Positions 1 through 9,987 of a stretch of 64,000 nt of DNA are shown piece after piece (the first letter of the stretch is position 1; each line of letters opens with the position of its first letter). The notes below the pieces were generated by a model that did not search any database, was not told where the DNA came from, and worked only from the letters and a program-made list of their open reading frames with translations. Both the position numbers and the translations under genes were made by a program. The stretch is taken from positions 55,497 to 119,496 of the forward strand of contig NZ_JBKBQY010000001.1 of NCBI RefSeq assembly GCF_046292185.1. Direction: 5' to 3'. This DNA is from Yoonia sp. (GTDB lineage Bacteria > Pseudomonadota > Alphaproteobacteria > Rhodobacterales > Rhodobacteraceae).

Positions 1-103
1 ACCAGGATGCGTCGAGTATCCGCAGCTCCGGGTCCTTGAGATGCGCGGCCAGCCAATCGGTGCTGACAAGCGTCTTGGGATCATCTGGCGCAGGTTTGCT
101 CAT
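1..103 (-). CDS. sseA: 3-mercaptopyruvate sulfurtransferase / rhodanese-family protein, first 34 codons only (gene runs off the window start)
   Basis: Hand translation from minus-strand ATG at 101-103 gives MSKPAPDDPKTLVSTDWLAAHLKDPELRILDASW, a typical SseA-type N-terminus. Too short to appear in the ORF track. Confidence 0.55.
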   Translation of the reverse strand, partial: MSKPAPDDPKTLVSTDWLAAHLKDPELRILDASW

Positions 104-243
104 CACATTGCCTCTGGGTCACTTGGTCCGTGACTATCGCGCTGTTCACGCAGAAACAAGGCGTCCCCGCATCTTCTCTTTTCCGGAAATACTCCGGGGG
201 AAGAGCCGGTCCTGTCCGGATCACGGACCGCGCCCTGTGCCGC

Positions 244-717
244 CTATTCGCCGTGGCGCAGCAACCGCTGTTTCTGGCGTCCCCAGTCGCGGGCCGCTTC
301 GGTCGCGCGCTTGTCGTGGTTCTTCTTGCCCTTGGCTGTCGCGATCTTCAGCTTTACCAGTCCGCGGTCGTTGAAATACATGACCAGCGGCACCAGCGTC
401 ATGCCTTCGCGTTTGGTCGCGTTCCACAGGCGCGACAGTTCCTTGCGGCTGACCAGCAGCTTGCGCTTGCGGCGTTCTTCATGGCTGAACATCGCACGCT
501 CATAAGGCGCGATATAAGCATTGGTCAGCCACAATTCGCCATCGTCGACCGAGGCATAGCTGTCGGCGATATTCGACTGCCCGACGCGCAAGGATTTGAC
601 TTCGGATCCCATCAGGATGATGCCCGCTTCGATATCATCCTCAATCGCGAAATCATACCGCGCGCGCCGGTTCTCGGCGACGACCTTGTAGTTTGTCTTT
701 TCGTTTTTCTTGGCCAT
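244..717 (-). CDS. smpB: SsrA-binding protein SmpB
   Basis: 157-aa ORF with SmpB-like N-terminus ([16 protein letters not shown]), core and basic C-terminal tail. Confidence 0.95.
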   Translation of the reverse strand: MAKKNEKTNYKVVAENRRARYDFAIEDDIEAGIILMGSEVKSLRVGQSNIADSYASVDDGELWLTNAYIAPYERAMFSHEERRKRKLLVSRKELSRLWNATKREGMTLVPLVMYFNDRGLVKLKIATAKGKKNHDKRATEAARDWGRQKQRLLRHGE

Positions 718-740
718 CCCGAGCAGATAAGCGCTGCTGC

Positions 741-1613
741 CTAGTTCAGCAAGCCCGCATGGACCATCGCCGCCCGCATCCGGGCCTTGGTGCCATCGGT
801 CAGCGGTGCCAGCGGGCTGCGCACATCTTCATTGCAAAGGCCCAGCAGGGACATGCCATATTTGGCACCCGACACGCCCGGCTCGGCAAAGATCGCCTCG
901 TGCAGCGGCATCAGCCGGTCCAGTTGAATGAGGGCCGTCGCGTAATCGCCTGCCAGCGTGGTTTCCTGAAACTCTGCACAAAGTTTTGGCGCGACATTGG
1001 CGGTGACCGAAATGCAGCCCACGCCGCCATGGGCGTTGAACCCCAATGCGGTCGCATCCTCGCCCGAGATCTGGACAAAGTCCTTGCCGCATCGCAGGCG
1101 CTGCTTGGGCACGCGGGCCAGATCGCCGGTCGCGTCCTTGACACCGATGATCATCGGGTGCCGTGCCAGCTCGCCCATCGTGTCAGGGGTCATGTCCACA
1201 GCAGACCGTCCGGGAATATTGTAGATGATGATCGGCAATCCGCAATCGGCCGCGGCGGTGAAATGTGCGATCAACCCGGCTTGGGTGGGTCTGTTGTAAT
1301 AAGGTGTCACAACAAGCGCCGCATCGGCCCCGGCCTTTTGGGCGGCCTGCACCAGACGGACGGTTTCGATCGTATTGTTCGACCCGGCACCGGCGATGAC
1401 GGGAATGCGCCCGGCGGTTTCCTGCACGACGATTTCCACGACCATATCATGTTCGCCATGTGTCAGCGTCGGGCTTTCGCCGGTCGTGCCGACCGGCACC
1501 AACCCATGGCTGCCTTGTTCGATATGCCAGTTCACCAGCTTTTTCAGTGTCGCAACATCCACCTGACCATCCGTGAACGGTGTGACGAGTGCGGGGATGG
1601 ATCCCTTGAACAT
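741..1613 (-). CDS. dapA: 4-hydroxy-tetrahydrodipicolinate synthase
   Basis: ORF 741..1694 trimmed to ATG 1611-1613 ([13 protein letters not shown]...). GTTGES motif and DapA-like over the full length. Confidence 0.93.
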   Translation of the reverse strand: MFKGSIPALVTPFTDGQVDVATLKKLVNWHIEQGSHGLVPVGTTGESPTLTHGEHDMVVEIVVQETAGRIPVIAGAGSNNTIETVRLVQAAQKAGADAALVVTPYYNRPTQAGLIAHFTAAADCGLPIIIYNIPGRSAVDMTPDTMGELARHPMIIGVKDATGDLARVPKQRLRCGKDFVQISGEDATALGFNAHGGVGCISVTANVAPKLCAEFQETTLAGDYATALIQLDRLMPLHEAIFAEPGVSGAKYGMSLLGLCNEDVRSPLAPLTDGTKARMRAAMVHAGLLN

Positions 1614-1761
1614 GCGACAATTCCTTATGTGCTGGACGGCGAGTCGTCCGGTCGAAAGTTCGCGGACACTAGACGCCTTTCTGCCTGTTGCCAAGTTTGT
1701 CAGTTGCCATGTCGCAGCACTCGTTTACCTTGTGCCAAAACAGAAAGGAGCGGTGATCCCC

Positions 1762-3723
1762 ATGCGCCTTTTGGCCATCACTTTTTCATGTCTTGTCGCG
1801 GCAAGTTCGGCTGTCGCGCAGCGCGCTGATCAGACCGCCGTCGCGGCGATTGCGGCCCGGGATACCGGCTGGGATGCGGCTTATCAGATCGCGGCAGAGG
1901 CTGATCCAGTCACACGCGACGTTCTCACATGGCTGCGCTTGCGCGCGGGGGATGCGGAATTCGCTGACTATCAGGAATTTGTCGCAGACCGCCCCGATTG
2001 GCCCGGCCTTGCCGTGCTGCGCCGGCAGGCGGAAGAGTTGATCCCAACGGATGCCGACCCGCAGATGGTCATCGCATGGTTCGCGGACAGCCCGCCGCTG
2101 ACGGGTGCCGGTGTTGTGCGTCTGGTCGATGCCCTGCAAGCGGCAGGGCAGGATGCCGAGGCCCGGAATGTCCTGCGCGATGCCTGGCTGACCCTTGGGC
2201 TGGACGATGATGGTCATGCGGCGCTGATGGCGCGGTTCGCCGAAACGCTTGCGCCGCATCATGCTGCCCGCGCCGATGCGCTGTTGTGGCGCGGCCGCAC
2301 CAGTGATGCCGCCCGTCTGTTGCCGGTGCTGGCACCCGATCAGCGCGCCTTGACCGCCGCCCGGATCGGCTATGCCAATGGAACGGCCAACATGCTGCCC
2401 CTGTTCAACGATGTGCCAGACTCGCTGCGCGAAAATCCTGGCCTTCTCTATGCCCGTTATAGCTGGCTTGCATCCCGCGGCGACTGGACCGATGCGACGG
2501 AGGTGCTGCGCGCGCAATCGACCAGCGCCGATGCCCTGCAGGAACCGTTTCGCTGGTCGGGCTACCGGCAAGTGCTTGCGCGCTGGCACATGCGCGAGGG
2601 TCGCGCTGATCTGGCTTATGACCTTGCGGCGAACCATTTTCTGACGACGGGAGAATCCTTTGCCGATCTGGAATGGCTCGCGGGATACATCGCGCTGATC
2701 TATCAGGGCGATCCCGCGCAGGCCCTGAGCCATTTCGAGGTGGCGGCAGCAGGTGTTTCCGGCCCGATTTCCACCGCGCGGATGCAATACTGGATCGGTC
2801 GCGCCCATGAGGTGATGGAGAATGACGACCTCGCGCAAGCCGCTTACGCGCTGGCGGCAGCGCATCAGACGACATTTTACGGCCTTCTTGCATCTGAAAA
2901 GATCGACCGCCCGCTGGATGCGGCCTTGGTCGGAAATGCAGTGTCATGGGACGGAGCGGAAGTATTTGAAGATGAGCTGACGCGTGCCGCCCTGATCCTG
3001 CTGGCAGGCGGTGAACGTGGTGCGGCGGTGACGTTTTTTGCCGCTTTGCCCGAACGCCTGTCGGCTGACGCGCTGGTGCAACTGGGCGCCTATCTGAGCG
3101 CGCTGGACGAAGATTACTATACGTTGCTGTTGGGCAAGACTGCTGTGGCGCGTGGCACCCTGTTGCCCGAGATATATTATCCCATCCATGATCTGGCGCA
3201 GATGGATCTGCCGGTGGATCCCGCCCTTGCCCTGTCCATTGCGCGGCGCGAGAGCGAGTTCAACATCGGTATCGGCAGCCCGGCAGGTGCGCTCGGCCTG
3301 ATGCAGGTGATGCCCGCCACCGCAGAAGAGGTCGCAACCCGCCTGAACCTGCCCTATTCGCGCGCCCGCCTGACCAGTGACTGGCAATATAACGCGACAC
3401 TGGGTGCTGAATATCTGTCCTATTTGCAGGATATGTTTGGACCCAGCCCGGTGATGATCGCCGCAGGTTACAACGCGGGCCCCAGCCGCCCGCGCACGTG
3501 GATGTCCGAACGCGGCGATCCGCGCCTGCGCGAGATGGATGTGATCGACTGGATCGAACATATCCCCTTTGTTGAGACCCGCAACTATGTGCAGCGCGTG
3601 ACGGAAAGCCTGCCGGTCTATCAAGCGCGACTTACCGGGCAGGCGGGGCCGGTGCAGTTTACGTCGCTGCTGATCGGGCAAAAGCCGGTGCTGCGGCCTG
3701 TGGCAAGACCGGTGCGGGATTAA
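1762..3723 (+). CDS. slt: Soluble lytic murein transglycosylase (Slt70-like)
   Basis: ORF 1573..3723 trimmed to ATG 1762, preceded by AAAGGAG. Signal peptide MRLLAITFSCLVAASSAVAQ. C-terminal SLT motifs ESEFN, GLMQVMP, AGYNAG. Confidence 0.9.
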   Translation: MRLLAITFSCLVAASSAVAQRADQTAVAAIAARDTGWDAAYQIAAEADPVTRDVLTWLRLRAGDAEFADYQEFVADRPDWPGLAVLRRQAEELIPTDADPQMVIAWFADSPPLTGAGVVRLVDALQAAGQDAEARNVLRDAWLTLGLDDDGHAALMARFAETLAPHHAARADALLWRGRTSDAARLLPVLAPDQRALTAARIGYANGTANMLPLFNDVPDSLRENPGLLYARYSWLASRGDWTDATEVLRAQSTSADALQEPFRWSGYRQVLARWHMREGRADLAYDLAANHFLTTGESFADLEWLAGYIALIYQGDPAQALSHFEVAAAGVSGPISTARMQYWIGRAHEVMENDDLAQAAYALAAAHQTTFYGLLASEKIDRPLDAALVGNAVSWDGAEVFEDELTRAALILLAGGERGAAVTFFAALPERLSADALVQLGAYLSALDEDYYTLLLGKTAVARGTLLPEIYYPIHDLAQMDLPVDPALALSIARRESEFNIGIGSPAGALGLMQVMPATAEEVATRLNLPYSRARLTSDWQYNATLGAEYLSYLQDMFGPSPVMIAAGYNAGPSRPRTWMSERGDPRLREMDVIDWIEHIPFVETRNYVQRVTESLPVYQARLTGQAGPVQFTSLLIGQKPVLRPVARPVRD

Positions 3724-3756
3724 GTAAGAGTTTTTACGCCTTTGGCGGAGATAATT

Positions 3757-4632
3757 TTATGCGGAAGTTTCGGCTTTCTGGCGGGCGCGCCACAGGGTGA
3801 ACAGGCCCGCGCCAACCACGATAGCGGCACCAAGGGCGACATTTGGCCGGATCGTCTCGCCCATCAGACCGACACCAATCATGCTCGCGAAGACCAATTG
3901 CAGATAGGCAAAGGGCTGGACGGCGCTGGCCTCGGCCACTTCATAGGTTTTGATCAGTAGCCAATGTCCTGTGGCCCCGGTGACGCAAAGCAGGGCCATC
4001 CAGCGCCAGTCTGACGCGCTCATCGGTTCCCAGAACCAGATGCCGATCACGGTCATCACCACGGCCCCGGACGTGCCAGTCCAGAAAAATGACGTTGTCG
4101 TATTGTCCAGCCGTGCCGCATAGCGCGTCAACAGCCCATAGAGCGCGAACATGAACGCCGCCTGCAGTGGGATTGCCGCCGCAGGAGCGAAAACCGTATA
4201 GCCCGGTTGCAGGATCACCAGCACCCCGACAAAGCCTATCCCGATCGCGGCCCATCGCCGCCAGCCGACACCTTCGCCAAGGATCGGGCCAGACAGCGCC
4301 GCGATCAGCAGCGGATAGCATGCAAAGATCGCGTGGCTCTCCACCAGCCCCAGATAGACGAATGCCGTCACCATCACGCAGATTTCCAGTGCCAGGATCG
4401 TCCCACGCGCGATTTGCAGGATCGGTTGGCGGGTGCGCGCCGCCGACCGGATCGACCCTGACTGTTTGCGGGCGATGGTGATGACGAAAGCGGCAAAGAA
4501 CCAATACCGTACCATCACGATCATCATGACGTTGTTGTTGACCGCCAGATGCTGCGAAATTCCGTCCTGTATCGCAAAGATGATGGTGACCAGTGTCATC
4601 AGCATGACCCCCAGCCTTGTATTACTTTGCAT
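3757..4632 (-). CDS. EamA/DMT-family transporter
   Basis: 291-aa polytopic membrane protein with two EamA-like halves. Start could alternatively be the internal Met at 4605. Confidence 0.85.
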   Translation of the reverse strand: MQSNTRLGVMLMTLVTIIFAIQDGISQHLAVNNNVMMIVMVRYWFFAAFVITIARKQSGSIRSAARTRQPILQIARGTILALEICVMVTAFVYLGLVESHAIFACYPLLIAALSGPILGEGVGWRRWAAIGIGFVGVLVILQPGYTVFAPAAAIPLQAAFMFALYGLLTRYAARLDNTTTSFFWTGTSGAVVMTVIGIWFWEPMSASDWRWMALLCVTGATGHWLLIKTYEVAEASAVQPFAYLQLVFASMIGVGLMGETIRPNVALGAAIVVGAGLFTLWRARQKAETSA

Positions 4633-5302
4633 CGTCCATCCTTGCGCGGGTCATATGCCGCTTGCGCCCGTAGCCTGGGTGTTTCGTGACGGTGAAACGG
4701 GCGTCGGACAGGCTGCGCCGGATATGGCCTGCCGCGCTATAGGTCGCTGCCGTGCCGCCCGGTCGGGTATGGTCCGCGACCGCCTGCAGCAGTGAGGGTT
4801 CCCACAATTCGGGGTTCTTGGCGGGAGAGAAGCCGTCGAGATACCATGCATCCGCCCGCCCTTGCCAAACCGGCAAGGTCTTGCGCGCATCGCCGGAGAT
4901 GACCTGCAGCGTCACTCCGGGGTCGAGCGCGACAGGGCCAGCCTCCGGCGTCCATGCCGCCAATAACTTGTCTGCATATCCCGCCAGCATCGGAAATTGC
5001 GCCAAAGCTGTCGCCATGTCAGGCAGTGCCATCGGGAAGGCCTCGAAAGACGTGAAATGCAACTGGCCGGACCGCCCGGCCTGCACCCAGGCATCCCAGG
5101 TCACCAGCAGGTTCAGCCCAGTGCCAAAGCCGAGTTCGCCGATATGAAAATCACCGCCGAACCGCGCAGGCAGGTCATTGCCGTTCAGGAACACATGCCG
5201 CGTCTCTGCCAGACCATCGTCGAGCGAGAAATATGGATCGTCGAAATCCCGCGCAATCGGCACGCCGTCGCGCCATTGAAGTTTTGCTGTCTGGTCTGTC
5301 AT
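4622..5302 (-). CDS. mnmD: tRNA (5-methylaminomethyl-2-thiouridine) methyltransferase, stand-alone MnmC N-terminal-domain homologue
   Basis: ORF 4622..5536 trimmed to ATG 5300-5302 (MTDQTAKLQWRDGVPIARDFDDPYFS...). SAM-binding GELGFGTGLN. Resembles the MnmC methyltransferase domain. Confidence 0.75.
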   Translation of the reverse strand: MTDQTAKLQWRDGVPIARDFDDPYFSLDDGLAETRHVFLNGNDLPARFGGDFHIGELGFGTGLNLLVTWDAWVQAGRSGQLHFTSFEAFPMALPDMATALAQFPMLAGYADKLLAAWTPEAGPVALDPGVTLQVISGDARKTLPVWQGRADAWYLDGFSPAKNPELWEPSLLQAVADHTRPGGTAATYSAAGHIRRSLSDARFTVTKHPGYGRKRHMTRARMDDAK

Positions 5303-5349
5303 GCGCTGCTGCCTTAGGTCTGGGGCATCTTTGGGCGGAAGGGCGCGGA

Positions 5350-6372
5350 ATGGCAATTGCTGATGTGACGGTGATGGGGGCAGGGGTCTTTGGTCTGTCG
5401 GTGGCCTATGCCTGCGCAAAGCGCGGCGCGCAGGTGCAGGTGATCGACCCGGCCGGTGTGGCAGCAGGGGCCAGTGGCGGTCTCGTCGGCGCGCTTGCCC
5501 CGCATGTGCCGGAGAATTGGAATGACAAAAAGGCATTTCAGTTCGACAGCCTGATCATGGCGGCAGCGTTCTGGGCTGATGTGGCCGAACTGACCGGCGC
5601 AGATACTGGCTATGCCCGCACCGGTCGTTTGCAGCCTTTGGTGGATGCACGCGCGGTAGAACTGGCGCGCGCGCGCGCGACATCGGCAGACAATCTCTGG
5701 CGGGGGCATGCTACATGGCAGGTAGAGTCTGTCACTGACGTTCCCTGGATGCCACCATCCCCCAGCGGTTTTGTCGTGCGCGATACGCTTTCTGCGCTGA
5801 TCCATCCGCGCCGGGCGACGCAGGCACTGGCTGACGCCGTTCTGGCACTCGGCGGGACGATCCGGCCCGTGGGGTCGCCTTATGGCAAAATCGTCTGGGC
5901 CACCGGCTGGGCTGGGATGCAGGAAATCGGCGGCAATGGGGTCAAAGGGCAGGCGGCGCTTTTGCGCTTTGACGCAGCGGGCGCGCCGCAGCTTTTTGCC
6001 GATGCGCTGCATATCATCCCGCATCTCGACGGGACGGTGGCGGTCGGGTCGACCTCGGAACGCGATTTCACAGACCCCGCCACGACGGACAGCGCCCTTG
6101 ATGATGTGATTGCGCGCGCCATTGCCGCTTTCCCGGTCCTACAAAAGGCCACCATCATCGAGACCTGGGCCGGTGTCCGTCCCCGCGCGCCCAGCCGTGC
6201 GCCCGTCCTTGGGCATCACCCGACGCGCCAAGGCGAATACATTGCGAATGGCGGTTTCAAGATCGGCTTTGGCATGGCTCCGAAGGTAGGGCAGGTCATG
6301 GCCGACTTGCTGCTGGATGGCCATGACGCGATCCCCGATGGATTTCGTGCGGCACTCCCTGCGGCGCGTTGA
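5350..6372 (+). CDS. FAD-dependent oxidoreductase (DAO family), possible stand-alone MnmC oxidase domain
   Basis: ORF 5233..6372 trimmed to ATG 5350. Dinucleotide-binding VMGAGVFGLSVAYACAKRG. Divergent from the mnmD-like gene. Confidence 0.8.
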   Translation: MAIADVTVMGAGVFGLSVAYACAKRGAQVQVIDPAGVAAGASGGLVGALAPHVPENWNDKKAFQFDSLIMAAAFWADVAELTGADTGYARTGRLQPLVDARAVELARARATSADNLWRGHATWQVESVTDVPWMPPSPSGFVVRDTLSALIHPRRATQALADAVLALGGTIRPVGSPYGKIVWATGWAGMQEIGGNGVKGQAALLRFDAAGAPQLFADALHIIPHLDGTVAVGSTSERDFTDPATTDSALDDVIARAIAAFPVLQKATIIETWAGVRPRAPSRAPVLGHHPTRQGEYIANGGFKIGFGMAPKVGQVMADLLLDGHDAIPDGFRAALPAAR

Positions 6373-6386
6373 AACGCGGCGCGCCT

Positions 6387-7199
6387 TTACAGCGGCATAT
6401 GCCGGTTCACGTCCTTATACAGCAGATAGCGGAACGGTCCCGGCCCACCCGCGTAACAGGCCTGGGGGCAAAAGGCGCGCAGCCACATGAAATCGCCTGC
6501 CTCGACCTCGACCCAATCCTGATTGAGCCGGTAAACCGCCTTGCCTTCGAGCACATAGAGCCCGTGTTCCATCACATGCGTCTCGGCAAAAGGAATCACC
6601 CCGCCGGGTTGCAGCGTGACGATATTCACATGCATGTCATGGCGCATATCGGCCGGATCAACAAAGCGCGTCGTGGCCCAGACCCCATCCGTATCGGGCA
6701 TTGCAATTGTGGTCGCAGCGGCTTCGTCCGTGACAAAGGCTAGGGGCGCATCGATGCCGTCGAGAGAGCGATAGATTTTCCGGACCCAGTGAAACGTCGC
6801 AGGCGCGTCGCTGCCGTTGCGCAATTGCCAGTCAGACCCGGCAGGCAGATAAGCATAGCTGCCGGGCCGCATCGCGTGGTCCTTGCCCGCGATGGTCAGA
6901 GTAAAATCGCCTGCGACGACGAAGATCACACCTTGCGCGGCATTGTCGGTCTCGGGTCGTGTGCTGCCGCCACCAGGGGCGACCTCGACAATGTACTGGC
7001 TGAAAGTCTCGGCAAAGCCAGACAGGGGGCGGGCCAGCACCCAGGCACGGGTTCTGTCCCAGAACGGCAGGTTGCTGGTGACGATATCGGTCATCACGCC
7101 CTTGGGAATAACAGCATAGCTCGTGGTAAACACGGCGCGGCCTGTCAGCAGATCGCTTTGCGGGGGCAGGCCGCCTGTGGGGGCGTAATAGCTGGTCAT
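6387..7199 (-). CDS. Bicupin, (S)-ureidoglycine aminohydrolase-like (AllE/YlbA family)
   Basis: 270 aa. The C-terminal cupin ETHVMEHGLYVLEGKAVYRLNQDWVEVEAGDFMW closely parallels E. coli AllE as I recall it. Confidence 0.75.
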   Translation of the reverse strand: MTSYYAPTGGLPPQSDLLTGRAVFTTSYAVIPKGVMTDIVTSNLPFWDRTRAWVLARPLSGFAETFSQYIVEVAPGGGSTRPETDNAAQGVIFVVAGDFTLTIAGKDHAMRPGSYAYLPAGSDWQLRNGSDAPATFHWVRKIYRSLDGIDAPLAFVTDEAAATTIAMPDTDGVWATTRFVDPADMRHDMHVNIVTLQPGGVIPFAETHVMEHGLYVLEGKAVYRLNQDWVEVEAGDFMWLRAFCPQACYAGGPGPFRYLLYKDVNRHMPL

Positions 7200-7213
7200 T
7201 TCAGGCTCCGGAG

Positions 7214-7972
7214 TTAAAGCGAGGCAAGCGTGACCCCGGCTTGCGTCAGGTGGTCGCGCAGGCCGCGCGCGATGGCGACGGCGCCGGGTGTGTCGCCATG
7301 CAGGCAGATCGTGTCGATCCTGCAGGGGATGTGTTTGCCGCTTTTGGTGATGATCGCATCCGCCTGCAACATTGCCAGAATGCGTGGGCCGACGGCAGCC
7401 GGGTCATGCAGCACCGCGCCGGGCTGGCGGCGGTCTACCAGCGTCGCATCGTCATTATAGGCGCGGTCGGCGAAAATTTCACCCGCCCAAGCGCAGCCCA
7501 GCTCGCGCGCGGCCTGTTCCTGCGCCGTGGCGGCCAGCACCATGATCAGCAGATCGGGGTCAACCTCCAGCGCGGCGGTGTAACACGCCTTTGCAAGGGC
7601 CTGATCGATCGCCGCCATATTCGCCAGCGCACCATGCAGTTTCAGATGCCTGATATGGCCGCCAGCGCGCCTTGCCATCGCTTGCGCGGCCCCGACCTGA
7701 TACGCCACGGCATTGGCCAGTTCAGCGGCGGGGATTGGCAGATTGCGCCGCCCGAAACCTTTCAGATCGGCAAAGCCCGGATGCGCGCCAAGGCCCACGC
7801 CATTGGCGACCGCCTGCCGCATGGTCTGGTCCATCACATCGGGATCGCCCGCGTGAAACCCACACGCCACATTGGCAGATGTGATGATGTCCAGCAGCGC
7901 CGCATCATCGCCCATCACCCAAGGGCCAAAACTTTCGCCCATATCGGCGTTCAGATCAACTTTGGTCGGCAT
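7214..7972 (-). CDS. pxpA: 5-oxoprolinase subunit A (LamB/YcsF family)
   Basis: ORF trimmed to ATG 7970-7972 (MPTKVDLNADMGESFGPW...), the LamB/YcsF signature N-terminus. Abuts the pxpC stop. Confidence 0.9.
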   Translation of the reverse strand: MPTKVDLNADMGESFGPWVMGDDAALLDIITSANVACGFHAGDPDVMDQTMRQAVANGVGLGAHPGFADLKGFGRRNLPIPAAELANAVAYQVGAAQAMARRAGGHIRHLKLHGALANMAAIDQALAKACYTAALEVDPDLLIMVLAATAQEQAARELGCAWAGEIFADRAYNDDATLVDRRQPGAVLHDPAAVGPRILAMLQADAIITKSGKHIPCRIDTICLHGDTPGAVAIARGLRDHLTQAGVTLASL

Positions 7973-7973
7973 A

Positions 7974-8996
7974 TCAGTCACTTTCCAGATCATGGCCAGC
8001 GGTCGCACCGCTGATCAGTTGGTAGCTCAGTAAATCAGGAATGTCATGTGGATCGCGGACCAGTGGCTGACAGGCGGCGCGCAGGTTGCGCAGGAACGCG
8101 ACTTCTGATTGCGCCGTCGCATCGGCCTGTTCCAGGGTCAGCAGGGCAAACTGCACCTTCGTGCCCGGCGCTGCCTGTGCCACGCGGGCCAGATCGGCAG
8201 GGATAACGGTGCCGATCCGAGGATAGCCGCCAATCGTCTGGCATTCGGCCAGCAGGACATAGGGCACCCCGTCGCCGGTCAGTTGCACATCGCCGGGAAC
8301 GATCAGGTCAGAGGTGACGCTCAATCCCCCGGTGGCCGCGAATCCGGCACCGTCATGATCAAAACGCACGCCTTGCCTGTTTCCACGGGGGCTGCGCACG
8401 AATTGCGTGGCCAGAAAGCTGTTCAACGTCTCATCCTCGAACAGATCGGTTTGCGGGCAGGGCATCACCCGGATGGTCCCGCCATGGCACCTGTCTTCCA
8501 CGTCTAGCCGCAGCGGTGGCGTATCGGGGGCCGGATCACCGCCCAAAGGCAGGCGATCACCATCTGCCAGCGCACGGCCCAGACCGGCGGTCAGATGGGT
8601 GGCGCGGCTGCCCATGATTGGGGCGGTCGTGATCCCGCCGGCAAAGGCCAGATAGCCAAAGACCCCACGCCGCGCGCCACCGACGGTCAGCTTCGCACCG
8701 GCGGCCAGCAGATGCGTCGTATTGGGCGGTACGGTGGCTCCATCAATGTTGGCCTGCATCGCCGCGCCCGTCAGGGCTATCCGTGTCGGCGCGTCCACGC
8801 TGAATACCCCGCCTGCACCCATCATCTCCAGCACGGCGAAACCTGTGTCGCCGCCCAGCAAGGCTGCCGTTTCCAGCACGGCAAGCCGGTCGGCGGCACC
8901 GCCGCGCGACAGGCCCTGAGCGGTCCAGCCAGGACGCCCAAGGTCCTGCACCGTGATGCTGCCGGGGCCGGCGCTGTGGATCGTCAGTTCCGCCAT
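7974..8996 (-). CDS. pxpC: 5-oxoprolinase subunit C (KipA / allophanate hydrolase subunit 2 family)
   Basis: 340-aa ORF with the family-typical GxxDxxA region (GLSRGGAADRLA). Operon order B-C-A as in E. coli. Confidence 0.9.
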   Translation of the reverse strand: MAELTIHSAGPGSITVQDLGRPGWTAQGLSRGGAADRLAVLETAALLGGDTGFAVLEMMGAGGVFSVDAPTRIALTGAAMQANIDGATVPPNTTHLLAAGAKLTVGGARRGVFGYLAFAGGITTAPIMGSRATHLTAGLGRALADGDRLPLGGDPAPDTPPLRLDVEDRCHGGTIRVMPCPQTDLFEDETLNSFLATQFVRSPRGNRQGVRFDHDGAGFAATGGLSVTSDLIVPGDVQLTGDGVPYVLLAECQTIGGYPRIGTVIPADLARVAQAAPGTKVQFALLTLEQADATAQSEVAFLRNLRAACQPLVRDPHDIPDLLSYQLISGATAGHDLESD

Positions 8997-9754
8997 CAGC
9001 GCAAGACCTCAAAGCGCGCGCCACCGTTGCTGTCAGAATTTACCTGCAGATCGCGCAGGGTATCGTCGGACACCGCGCAAAACTGCACCGCATCCCCTGC
9101 ATCAAGTGGGAAGGGCACGTCACTATCGGGCTGCCAGACCGAAAACGCGCTTTGCCCGATCTGCCGCCAGCCGGTGGGCGTGTCCGCAGCAAAGACAATC
9201 AGCTGGCGCACAGCCGCCACCAGCGCGCCACGCGGCACTTTTGGCGTCAGGTCGGACTGGCGCGGAATGTCCCAATGCGGCGGCAGCATCCCCAGATAAG
9301 GCTGACCGGGGGCAAAGCCGATGGCTAGCACGCGCAGGACCTGCGCGGTGATCTCGGCGATAGCCTGATCAGGCGTCAGCCCGGCAAGCGCTGCTGCCTC
9401 TTGCAGTTGGGGTGCATGCCCGGGGCCGAAGGCAACGGGGATATGCCACAGACGGCGGGGCGACGTATCGGCGCTCTGCTGGTTCTGCAGCATTTCTCGC
9501 AGCTTATCGCTGATCGCCTGCCTGTCGGTCACCTCCGGATCAAATCCCACCCGGACAGAGGTAAGAGAGGACGCGACTTCCGTCACACCCAGCACATCAG
9601 CGGCTCTGATCTGTTCGCAAAAGGCACTTGCCTGCGCATTCGACTGTGACGTCAGGGCGCGCGAAAACCGTACAAGAACGCCGTCAATCCCCAGCGGACA
9701 AAGGGCGGGTTGTGCTTGGTCGTCCCCCATCAAGATGTTGCTGTTGCGCGACAA
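8996..9754 (-). CDS. pxpB: 5-oxoprolinase subunit B (KipI / allophanate hydrolase subunit 1 family)
   Basis: 252-aa ORF overlapping the pxpC start by 1 nt. Start may instead be the Met at 9733. Confidence 0.85.
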   Translation of the reverse strand: MSRNSNILMGDDQAQPALCPLGIDGVLVRFSRALTSQSNAQASAFCEQIRAADVLGVTEVASSLTSVRVGFDPEVTDRQAISDKLREMLQNQQSADTSPRRLWHIPVAFGPGHAPQLQEAAALAGLTPDQAIAEITAQVLRVLAIGFAPGQPYLGMLPPHWDIPRQSDLTPKVPRGALVAAVRQLIVFAADTPTGWRQIGQSAFSVWQPDSDVPFPLDAGDAVQFCAVSDDTLRDLQVNSDSNGGARFEVLR

Positions 9755-9873
9755 GCGGTGGCTGGCATCGGGTGCTTCCTGTGTTCTGCCTACACGATTG
9801 GCATGGCGTTCCGGGATTTGTCCAGCCCACCGTCGGTCGGCGCCTGCCCAAAATGAGGCACAAATTCATCTTT

Positions 9874-9890
9874 CTGTGATTATATCACAG
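9874..9890. promoter_or_regulatory. 17-bp palindrome CTGTGAT-TAT-ATCACAG in the divergent pxpB / RND-efflux intergenic region
   Basis: Read directly. 7-bp perfect arms in an AT-rich stretch, 98 nt upstream of the MFP start codon. Confidence 0.4.
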
Positions 9891-9987
9891 TTTATTCCTA
9901 CAAATTACTGGCAAGAAGGACGGGGGCGCATTACCTGACCCAAGTGGCGGGGTCCGAGGGTGACTGTCGCATAAAAAGGATCAGGAC

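Noticed and set aside
693-1829. 378-aa plus-strand ORF overlapping dapA on the opposite strand.
   Set aside because: This is a typical high-GC shadow ORF. The product is Arg/Gly/His-rich with no family resemblance, whereas the antisense frame encodes an unmistakable DapA.
9874-9890. Reading the TGTGA-N5-TCACA palindrome as a CRP/FNR-family site.
   Set aside because: CRP-type sites have a 6-bp spacer (TGTGA-N6-TCACA) and FnrL sites are TTGAT-N4-ATCAA, so the spacing does not fit. It is kept only as an unassigned palindrome.
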